Shown in pieces: positions 24,934-34,087 of a stretch of 64,000 nucleotides of DNA. Both the position numbers and the translations under genes were made by a program. Numbering within the stretch: position 1 is the first letter of the stretch; each line of letters begins with the position of its first letter. Where the stretch lies: positions 588,113-652,112 of the forward strand of contig NW_003314335.1 in NCBI RefSeq assembly GCF_000143415.4. The letters run 5' to 3'. Under the pieces are notes generated by a model. The model saw only the letters and a program-made list of their open reading frames with translations. It was not told where the DNA came from and made no database searches. The DNA comes from Selaginella moellendorffii (taxonomy: Eukaryota > Plantae > Lycopodiophyta).

Positions 24934-27246
24934 TCATCGGATTGAAGATCGTTTCTGATTGCATCCATCAAGGGCCAGGGAAATTGCCATAACTTGAAGC
25001 CGATCAGGACCGAGGATAACTTGATCCTGTTGATCGAAGGCAGGATTACCAGGCCTGAGACTGAGATAGGAGCGCCTTGAAAGAGCATCAGGAAGGCCTT
25101 GAAACTTTCCAGGTCTGTACTTGATAACAAAGTCAAACCGACTCAGGAATTGTGCCCACCTTGCTTGACGACGGCTTAAAACTCGGGAAGTGGCAAAGTA
25201 CTCGAGATTTTTGTGATCCGTCCAGACTGTTGTTTGATGGCTCGCCCCCTCCAAGAAACGGCGCCACTCTCCAAAGGAATCCACGATGGCAAGAAGCTCC
25301 TTGTCGTGGATTTCGTAATTGATCTCCGCAGGCTGGAATTTCCGAGAATGGAAAGCAACCGGATGAAGTTCGTGATCCGCTCCGAGTTGAGATAGCACAG
25401 CACCAATGGCAAAGTCGGAGGCATCAGCCTCGATGAAGAAAGGTTGTGAGGAATCAGCATGGATCAAGACAGGAGCAGAACTGAAGGCCGCCTTGAGTGT
25501 GTCGAAAGCCTGCTGGGCAGCAACAGACCAAGAGAAGGGAACATCCTTGCGAGTGAGATGTGTGAGAGGAAGGACAATGTCAGAGTAGTGATCAATGAAT
25601 TTGCGGTAGAAGTTGGCGAAGCCAAGGAAAACCTGAACGTCTGACATTGATTGTGGAGGCTCCCATTCGAGAATAGTCTTGACTTTTGTAGGATCCATCG
25701 TGATACCCTCAGGAGTGACAATGTACCCAAGGAACTCCACAGACTGCTGATCAAAGGAACATTTCTTAAGCTTCGCGTATAGGCCGTGTTCTCGCAGCTT
25801 CGCTAGCACCTTGCGAACATGTTCGTCATGCTCCTCCTGAGTTTTTGAGTAGATGAGGATGTCGTCGAGGTAGACGATCACCATCTGATCAAGAAACTCC
25901 CGAAAAACGTCGTTCGCCATGTGTTGGAAAACCGCTGGAGCATTTGTCAAGCCAAATGGCATGACAGTGTACTCAAAGTGGCCATAGCGGGTTCGGAACG
26001 CAGTCTTCCATTCATCACCAGGCCGGATCCGGATCAGGTTGTATGCTCCACGGAGGTCGATCTTGGTGAAGAAGCGGGCACCGCCGAGGCGTTCCAACAG
26101 GTCCGAGATCAGGGGCAGTGGATAACGGTTCCGAACAGTCACCTTGTTCAAACCTCGGTAGTCGATGACTAGCCGCAAGCTCCCATCCTTCTTCTTGACA
26201 AAGAAGACAGGCGCTCCAGCCGGGGACTGCGAATGCTGAATGTAGCCCGAGGCAAGGTTCTCATCCACGTACTCTTTGAGGGCCTTAAGCTCGGACGGGG
26301 ATAACCCGTAGATAGGCCCCCACGGAGGTGACGCTCCTTCCTGTAAATCAATGGGACAATCATAAGGCCGATGAACAGGCAGTACACTAGCTTTTTTCTT
26401 GTCAAACACATCCCCAAAATCATGATACTTCTCAGGAAGACTGACAGGAGAAACATGCAAAGCAAAAAGAAAAAGAGGTTCTTCATGAAGGAGTTCTTTC
26501 ATAGTGATTGTGGAGATAGGAGGAGGAGTACGACTAAATGGAATGATGAGACGAGGATACTGTCCAGTGTAAGATGGAAGAGAGAAAAAAGAAGAGGATG
26601 AAAACTGCGTAGAGTCAGGAACAGAACCCCGACTTGAGTTTAGGGAACTTTTCCTGATTCGGACTCGATGAACACCAGGGGAAGCCGTGGGAGATGGTGA
26701 TGTGGGAGAGATGAGCTGTAAGTCCTTCCAACAAATCTGAGGCTGATGTAGTTGGAACCAAGGAAGACCGAGCACCACAGAGGAAGACTTGCTGTTGATG
26801 ATGTTGAAGGCGATATCGGTGACGGTGGACCCGATGTGTACTCGAACGGGCAACGTTTCCCTAAGTCCAGAAGATGGAGACACAAAATGCCCGCCGATGC
26901 CTTCAACCCTCAGATCCCGTATGGTAGGAGAAAGAGGAACGTGATGTCGGGCAGCAAAGTTCGTGTCCATGAAGCAGGAAGTTGCACCCGAGTCCAGTAG
27001 CGCCAAAGCCTTGAGTCCTGATTGTCCGGTGAAAGAAAGGAGACATGGGACGCGGAAGTTGCGGGAATTGGTGGTGGCTTTGATGAAAGGTGGTGAGGAG
27101 CTTGATAAGGAAGAAAAGTGATTTTTATTTGGGGAGTCCAAACAGACAGCTCCTACTCTGTTTGGACAGGGTCGTTTCCCGACTGCAACAGTGGTGGACT
27201 TTGAGGCAGAGTGAACTCGAGCAATCGAGGAGGCTTCCTGGGACAC
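24934..27246 (-). CDS. pol: pol: protease, reverse transcriptase, RNase H
   Basis: LLDSGA, YLDD, EADASD, TDHKNL motifs. Frameshift near 24980 and in-frame TGA at 24870-24872 before the integrase. Confidence 0.94.
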   Translation of the reverse strand: MSQEASSIARVHSASKSTTVAVGKRPCPNRVGAVCLDSPNKNHFSSLSSSSPPFIKATTNSRNFRVPCLLSFTGQSGLKALALLDSGATSCFMDTNFAARHHVPLSPTIRDLRVEGIGGHFVSPSSGLRETLPVRVHIGSTVTDIAFNIINSKSSSVVLGLPWFQLHQPQICWKDLQLISPTSPSPTASPGVHRVRIRKSSLNSSRGSVPDSTQFSSSSFFSLPSYTGQYPRLIIPFSRTPPPISTITMKELLHEEPLFLFALHVSPVSLPEKYHDFGDVFDKKKASVLPVHRPYDCPIDLQEGASPPWGPIYGLSPSELKALKEYVDENLASGYIQHSQSPAGAPVFFVKKKDGSLRLVIDYRGLNKVTVRNRYPLPLISDLLERLGGARFFTKIDLRGAYNLIRIRPGDEWKTAFRTRYGHFEYTVMPFGLTNAPAVFQHMANDVFREFLDQMVIVYLDDILIYSKTQEEHDEHVRKVLAKLREHGLYAKLKKCSFDQQSVEFLGYIVTPEGITMDPTKVKTILEWEPPQSMSDVQVFLGFANFYRKFIDHYSDIVLPLTHLTRKDVPFSWSVAAQQAFDTLKAAFSSAPVLIHADSSQPFFIEADASDFAIGAVLSQLGADHELHPVAFHSRKFQPAEINYEIHDKELLAIVDSFGEWRRFLEGASHQTTVWTDHKNLEYFATSRVLSRRQARWAQFLSRFDFVIKYRPGKFQGLPDALSRRSYLSLRPGNPAFDQQDQVILGPDRLQVMAISLALDGCNQKRSSIR

Positions 27247-28130
27247 ACAGCTGCTTTGTGATTAGGATCAGCACAGTAGAGGCAAAGATTATGAGATATT
27301 CGATGTTGCCTCTCAGCAGGACTCAACTTCCCTCTAATGAGTCGGGGAGTACCAGAAATATCCATCGGGACCGGAGCAGTAGGTTTAGGACTATGCCCCG
27401 AAGACTCAAGCTGGGATTCCTGAGTCTGGGACGGAAAAACAGCGGCGCGGCGACTTTCCTGACGACGTTCAAAGAGACGATTGTCACATCGAACAGCTTT
27501 GTTGATGGCGTCCGACAGGTCCTTGGGATCCTCCATGGTGAGCAACAAATCCTTGACACCGTTGTTGAGGCCGAAACGAAATTGGTCAATCAGGGCCCGC
27601 TCATCCCACTGAGTGTCCAAGGCAAGGAGTTGGAACTCTGCAGCGTAGATCGAGGCAGGACGAGACCCCTGAGAGAGACGTCTCATCTTTGTGGTAGCAG
27701 CCCGAACCCGATCCGTCTCGCCAAAACATGCTTCGAGCTTCTCTTTGAACAATTGAAGATCCATCAGCTCCGGAACCACGACCCCTTTCATGCTCTTCTC
27801 CAGAAGAGGAGAAAACCATGACAAAGCTGCACCCTCGAGCAACGTCCCAATCGCGCCGATTTGAGACTCGGGAGTGGGGTACCGCCGATGTTGAAGTGCA
27901 AAGATCAGCTCCATTTGATTCAAAAATCCACGAAGCTCCGAACGCTTGCCTGAAAATTTCGCCGGGAAACTCACCTTCGGTTCAGGAACTTTGCTGGATC
28001 CTTGAGCCGAAAGTGAAGCAAGCTCCTGCTGCATGCGAAGAAGGGTCGCCTTCAGCTCGGTATTCTCAGACTGGATTTTTGCAAGGACTTCGGCAAAGAA
28101 ATCAGGATGGCTTGGAGACTCCATTGGCAA
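27153..28130 (-). CDS. gag: gag with CCHC zinc knuckle
   Basis: Retrotransposon gag-like sequence with CLYCADPNHKAAVC. Slippery G GGA AAC (27174-27180, minus) in the gag/pol overlap. Confidence 0.93.
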   Translation of the reverse strand: MPMESPSHPDFFAEVLAKIQSENTELKATLLRMQQELASLSAQGSSKVPEPKVSFPAKFSGKRSELRGFLNQMELIFALQHRRYPTPESQIGAIGTLLEGAALSWFSPLLEKSMKGVVVPELMDLQLFKEKLEACFGETDRVRAATTKMRRLSQGSRPASIYAAEFQLLALDTQWDERALIDQFRFGLNNGVKDLLLTMEDPKDLSDAINKAVRCDNRLFERRQESRRAAVFPSQTQESQLESSGHSPKPTAPVPMDISGTPRLIRGKLSPAERQHRISHNLCLYCADPNHKAAVCPRKPPRLLEFTLPQSPPLLQSGNDPVQTE

Positions 28131-28808
28131 GAAGAAAGAAAAGAAAGGGGGGAAAAGACAAAGGCAATCAAATAATCAAAACAAGCTAAAAGAAAAGCAA
28201 AAAACACAATCTGAATCAAACTGTCAAGACCCCCAACAAGATCAAGACTGGAAAATGCTAAAGACAAAGAGAAAAAGCTAGTGAAAACAAAGAAGAGGCC
28301 TTAGACTGGTGTTGATTCAGATTGTGGAGAAATGGAACAAGGCTAACCTATATATACTATAGGTTGATGAAGCTCCACCACTCTTGGATCGAGGACAGCC
28401 TAAATACAGCTGAGGTCGAGGAGGCGCCACATCATCATCAGGAATGTGGCTCGAGACTCAGGAATCGGGAAGTGTCTCGAGAGTCAGGAATAGGGAAGTG
28501 TCTCGAGAGTCAGGAATAGAGAAGTGTCTCGAGAGTCAGGAATGTGGTCTGCAGGTCAGGAATCCGGCGAGAGTCAGGAATGTGGCAAGAATTGAGGGAT
28601 TCCTGACAGCAAAGGGACATCACAATCAGATGCAGGATCACAAGAAACCAACTTCACTAACTCTAGTTTCACCAAGATCTACGTAAGGAGTTATGAAATG
28701 AAAGGACCCTCTCTATTGAAATGTGTTTATGGTCCTAGGGGCATTGTGACATATCAAAGGATTTTGCATCAAGTTCTGTATTTGCATGTTTATCAAGCTA
28801 CTGAATTG

Positions 28809-28840
28809 CTAAACCCTAAACCCTAAACCCTAACCCTAAA
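28809..28840. repeat. Short plant telomere tract (CCCTAAA)n
   Basis: ctaaaccctaaaccctaaaccctaaccctaaa. Confidence 0.85.
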
Positions 28841-29619
28841 CATGTGGCAAATGCTGCGTGAAGAAAGATGCCCTTTCTGGGCAAATGCTGTAAGAGGCAG
28901 ATGCCGAGCAGATGTATCTCAGGCTAGCGAAGGGGACAAACGAAAGCTAGCTATAAACATGACGGGATGCAAATAGATTACTAGGCTGGTCCTGCGAAAA
29001 TCAAAAACCATAATTGAAAACATTGAAAATGCAAAAAAAAAGGTTTATAATATTTTTGAATTTTAAGCAACCAAAGGAATGTAAGTAGGGCATGTGTTTG
29101 TAAGTTTAAAAATGCCTCAGCCATATAAATTCCCAAGTAAATAAAGCTGTTTCTATTTTTGGTACAGGTAAACTTTATAGCGTGTGGGCTCATGCAATTT
29201 TGAACCCAAAAATGCACCAAAAGATGCTCGACTAGCATTATTCTTTGAATGGCATGTGGCCTTATATTGCCATAAATGGACGTACACACACAGCATAATT
29301 ATTCCTTTACACGGCGAATAATCTTGGCGCGGATCGCTGACATGGCATGGCAAAGTTCGAATCACTGACATGGCACAGCTGGATCGAGGCAAGGACATGA
29401 TGTGACAAAGTTCAACCTCCGACAGCAAAGTCTAGAAGCTACTCAGTTTGAAATTTGTCAGAGGAATCATAAGATCTGGTTTGTTAGAGGATTTAATTTG
29501 ACGTTTAAGCGTGTGTTATTTTTGAATTCTCGAACTCATTCCTAGGTCTATCATTTTTGTGCGCCGTGTTCTTGGTTCCGCTGAGCGCAGTGAGCGCTGC
29601 TTGTGTAAGCGGCGTTGTG

Positions 29620-29770
29620 AGCTGTGGTTTATGCGTCTACAAGCGGTTGCGGCATTGCGAGCACCATTGCGAGCGGCAGTTTATGCGAGTGGCAATTTGT
29701 GCGAGCGGCGCTACGAGCAGTTGCGGTGTTGCGAACGGCGCTACGAGTAGTTGCGGTGTTGCGAGCGGCA
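29620..29770. repeat. CpG-rich short tandem repeats upstream of transposase
   Basis: Repeated ttgcgagcggcgctacgagcagttgcggtg units. Confidence 0.75.
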
Positions 29771-29961
29771 CTGTCTTTGGTGTGGCTACCGCTTCCTCTT
29801 GATATTCGGCACTTGTGCTTCCTGGTATGTTCACCATGGAATGGTTTAGGACCACATTTAGAAATGGCATGAGGCCACATGCCATCTTGGGCCCTTGCAA
29901 TTTCATGGCTAGCGTATTGTCATGTATGTTTTTACTTGCCTGCAGCTGTGTGTATATCAAG

Positions 29962-30189
29962 ATGGCATGAGGCCTCATGCCATCTTTGGCCCCTACTAGC
30001 CTATTGCCATATTCCTTTTGCCTTGCTGCAACTGTATATATTTTTGTATGGGTGACTAGTCACGCACACAAAAATATATACAGTTGTAACAAGGCAAAAG
30101 GAATATAGCAACAGGCTAGCAGGGGCCAAAGATAGCGTGAGGCCTCATGCCATTAGTGGTACCACTAATGGCATGAGGGCTCATGCCAA
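29962..30189. repeat. Overlapping long palindromes upstream of transposase
   Basis: 192-bp loopless imperfect inverted repeat centred at 30057/30058, and a 58-bp one centred at 30160/30161. Confidence 0.92.
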
Positions 30190-30332
30190 TTTTGTGAATG
30201 CGAAATTTCATGTGGGTGTCAATAGCATGTTTGAATAATGGCATGTGGCCTCATGCTATTTGGTATGTTATGATTTAGGCCATTCTCCAATCATTTTTTG
30301 TATGGTCTTAACTTCTTTTCTGCACTTTCAGA

Positions 30333-33300
30333 ATGGCCTTCAGGGTTGGGGAAAAGGTTTACATTTTGAATGGTGGGAAGAGAGTTGCAAAAGGGACCCT
30401 TGTGTCTATGGATCGGAACTTTGTTATACACTGTCAAAGGCTTGGGGAAGGCAATGTTGCTGTATCAGTAGAGACTGTCTTCGATGGGAATGTGGTTGCT
30501 ATTGAACGAGGAGAGATGGTCGTCGGGGTAAATGTTGTTGTTGCCTTGAAAAATCTGCAGAAGAAAGCAAATGTTGGGGACAGCGCAAGTGCGACGCATG
30601 TTCCCTCCGTGAATCTTAAGAACCGTGCTACATGGATTCAGGCAAAGGTGTTTCTAAACAACCCCGAGGGGGAGGTGGTAGCTGAGGGCTTAGCCACAGT
30701 TGTCGATCCAAGAGATGCGGTTGCTAATCAAGAATTGGGCTGGGATGATATTGGAGTTGCAATTTTAGAGGTTGTTGACACAGAAGAAAATAGTCTGACT
30801 ATTGGAAGCATTGTGCGGTGGAAATTGAGGCATTTAGTGTTTGAGAATGTGAAGGATTCACAATCAAACACCACTACAACTGATGACAGAACATCTCTTC
30901 ATGGGAAAAGAAAGTACACCTTCCTACAGCGCAGCCAAAGGGATCTGAGCAACGAACCGAAAAGGCAGAAAATGGCGATGGAGGTTCAAATGGTCTCGAC
31001 AGTTGCTTGTTGCAAGAGGAGGTGCTGTCAACATGCTGATTGGGATGCTATTGAAGAGGAGAGAGCAAGATACAAGACATTGTCCTGGAAGGCAGCTCGC
31101 AATTTTGTGTATGAGGCATTACGGTCATCTGTTGATGCTTCAGAACATCAGGTGGGGGGCATGGTCTTCCAGAGGGGTTTGGTCTGCATGAAGGCATGGA
31201 GAATCATTTATGGAGTCCCTCGAACCACATTCTACAGAATCAAAACTGAGTTTGAGGAACAAAGGGTTCAACAGGCAGTCCATGGGAACGACGGTACGCA
31301 CAAAACCAGGGGTCATGTTGTATATGGAGAGGCAATCTTCAAGAGGTTTGTCGAGACATGTAGCGAGCAGCAACCACATAAAACCCGCCTCTTGGAAGAT
31401 GGAACACGAGACACCCAACGAGTTCTCCCTTCCATGTATACCAAGGGGGCCATATTGGAAGATGTGAATCGGGAACTCCAGAGTAATGGCTACAGGAAGC
31501 TGAGCCAATCTAGATTTAGTAGATTGTGGAGCAACAGGTTCAGGGATGTGAGTATAGGAAAGTACTCCAGCTTTTCAAAGTGTGACGAGTGCACTGCTAT
31601 CAAAATGGCTTTGTCGAAGAATTCTTGCAGCGCTCAAGAGCGAGAGACGTTGGTTAGAAGGCGGCTCGACCACAACATCGAGCAGAGAAGCTGCAGGACT
31701 GCATATTATCATAACAGGATTCTCTCCATGGAGAGACCTGACTCTTACCTCTGCATCATCCACGACAAAATGGACCAGAAAAAGACGTGCTTACCTCGAC
31801 TCAATCCTGCCCCCAAGGCAATCTCTTCATCCATGCAGCTGCCTGTGTCTCTGTTTGGCATAATCGCTCATGGGTATGGTGCCCAGAACTATGGGAACTT
31901 CTTTGTACCTCTATGGGGTGGCGGGGGTGCAAACATGATGATTGCGTCCCTAGCAAAACACTTAAGGTCTCTGCAAAGTGCGCAGACTGAGCTGAACGGC
32001 CAACCCTTGCATAAGGCCCTTGTCGATCGAACCCCATACAGGGTTCAGCTGGAGGAGGAGCAAAGGCTTGCAGTATCGCGTGGGGCCCCATGCCATCCCA
32101 GTGAATATGTTGGCCGTCAGATTGTAGGGTTATCACGTGAGGCCTCATGCCATTCCGACGAGGCTGGTCGCCCGGTGAATGCACAGCCTCATCCAAACGA
32201 AGCAGAATCTCAAGGAAGTTCTTGCGGCCGATGTGGCCTTCCACCCCATCTTCTGCTCCAAACAGACAATGCTGGCAGTGAGAACAAAAACATGTACGTC
32301 TTCGCGTACTTGGCGATGCTTGTTGCCAAAGGCATATTTGAAACGGTTACACTTGGCTTTCTCATGGTTGGGCACACTCATGAAGACGTCGATGCCATGT
32401 TCAGTCACCTGGCAGAGTCCCTCCGGCGATCCAATGTCCTCACCCTCCCACAACTCTACGATGAATTCCAAAATTGCATCAAAGGCACTGTTGAAGCTGC
32501 ACTTGTGACAGAGGTTCCAGACTTTAAGGGGTTTGTAAGAGGCTACATCAGGGACGGATCCGAAACACTGATTGGCCACTCCAAGCCTCTTCAGTTTCAT
32601 TTCAGCATGCGTGACGGTGCTCCAGTGATGAGGTACAAGATGAGAGAATGGGACACAGTGTGGCTGCCAGTGGATGGCATTGAACTCTTCAAGAGAGATC
32701 CCATAACTGGGGAACCTATGATTCCTCAGGGTTCCCCACGGCCGATGCACCCGGATGGACTCAAAGACCAGGAAAGTATAGTGGCCGGGATTAGACAGCA
32801 TATTGCCTTCTGGAAGAGGGGGTTGTTTTTTGGTGGAGAATCCTATTTTAAGAGGTGCAAGCCTTTGCTCGAATACTGGGAGAAGATTATATCTGCTATC
32901 CAAAATGGGCCGGTTGTATATGAAGAATTGGAAGAGTCCTTTTGGCCAGAACCCAGAGCACCAGATAGTAGCGGAACAATGTCCTCTGGAAATGCAGTGA
33001 CAGATAACGATGTTGAGGATCACTATTGTGGGCCGAGGAACAAGAAGCCGGATTCAGCATTCAATCCAGTACAAGTCTGCAAAGGAATGGTCGTGCTTGT
33101 CAGACCCAGTAATAAAAAACAAATGATATGGGTGGGGCGCTGCATCACTGATGCAGAGGAGGACGCGGAAACTAACTCCTTCAATGTAACTGTGGAGTGG
33201 TTCAAGCCAAGTTCCGAATATACGAAGGATTGCCTAGAAAAGAGATGGGTGCTGAATCCAAGGGATCCCAGCATGAGCATATCGGTGGATAATGTTGTGC

Positions 33301-33471
33301 ATGGCTGGATGCGGAAGCAGAGTGCCACCATCACCTTGCCAGACCATGCAAGAGATGCAGCAAGAGCATTCATAACCCGGGTTCAAGGTGAGATTTAATA
33401 TTCCTTTACTAAGTTTCTAATGTATTTTATTTCAAGGTGAACAATCCGAATCTGAATCAGAGGAGGCGTGA
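30333..33471 (+). CDS. Sola1-like DDD transposase with extra N- and C-terminal domains
   Basis: Intact 1021-aa ORF; KCDEC..H, IIHDKMD, LQTDNAGSENKN, FLMVGHTHEDVDAMFS. Probable last intron 33388-33436 with final exon GEQSESESEEA*. Confidence 0.88.
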
Positions 33472-34063
33472 TGGCATGTGGCCCTTTGCACTAGTATATC
33501 TTAATACCGGTCTGAGAAATAGAATGGCATGTGCCCTCAGGCCTTTTACTAAATCACCTTTGAAAGAAATGCAAGCCTCTATGTCGTAAGAAAAAGGTAC
33601 TAGAGAAATTCCTTAATAATATGAATGTTATTTAGTTTCATGAAAATACACTAAGGGTCAAATGAGTTAAATGACTTCTCCAGACTAGCAATGCCTCTTG
33701 CTACACCTTCACAATTAGATTCGTTAGAAAAAGATAACATTGAATAATATCTAAATGTTCTCACCATTAAGTTATATGTCTGGCTAATAGGAATGACGTT
33801 CATCTTGGAAAGCTCACCACACGCTCAATGAACAAACAAATAGTGTGTGCGCGCATGCCATCGCTCTTCTTTAGCTTCAGATTCGGCTTGTTCACCTTGA
33901 CAATGAGATTTATTATACAACCAGATGGACTCAGTCTGGACACAAAGTTACCGCGCTAGTCACCATGCCCCAGATATGTCTAGCCCCTGGACAAAAAACA
34001 TATAATTTCACGTCATTTTCAAATACTTGAAAATTTGTACCTAGTCCCATTTTACTGAATAAA

Positions 34064-34087
34064 TCCCACTTTAACGAAATAGAGCTT
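34064..34087 (-). repeat. Right TIR
   Basis: tcccactttaacgaaatagagctt is the exact reverse complement of 15065-15088. Confidence 0.95.

Larger units (their letters stand above)
23023..28608 (-). mobile_element. Full-length Ty3/Gypsy chromovirus (Tcn1/Tf1-like)
   Basis: 387-bp LTRs at 23023-23409 and 28222-28608 (2 differences seen); TSD GCAAA at 23018-23022 and 28609-28613; PPT near 23410-23425; order gag-PR-RT-RH-IN-chromodomain. Confidence 0.96.
21879..29326. repeat. ~0.9-1 kb tandem duplication in the transposon spacer; second unit split by chromovirus
   Basis: Unit 1 ~21879-22750; unit 2 22751-23022 plus 28609-~29326. Both start gagcacataggagtatattcc. Confidence 0.85.
15065..34087. mobile_element. 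Large cargo-bearing cut-and-paste DNA transposon, Sola1-like
   Basis: Perfect 24-bp TIRs at 15065-15088 and 34064-34087; TSD TTGA at 15061-15064 and 34088-34091. The empty site near 7925-7955 has a single TTGA. Internal DDD transposase. Superfamily assignment is from motif recall and TSD length. Confidence 0.9.

Noticed and set aside
22347-28840. Chromosome end or telomere-healing site
   Set aside because: Only 3-4 repeats, at the same position in both units of an internal duplication.
15451-33861. CRISPR-like interpretation of the recurring palindrome
   Set aside because: Spacing is irregular (tens of bp to kb), no cas genes, eukaryotic intron context.
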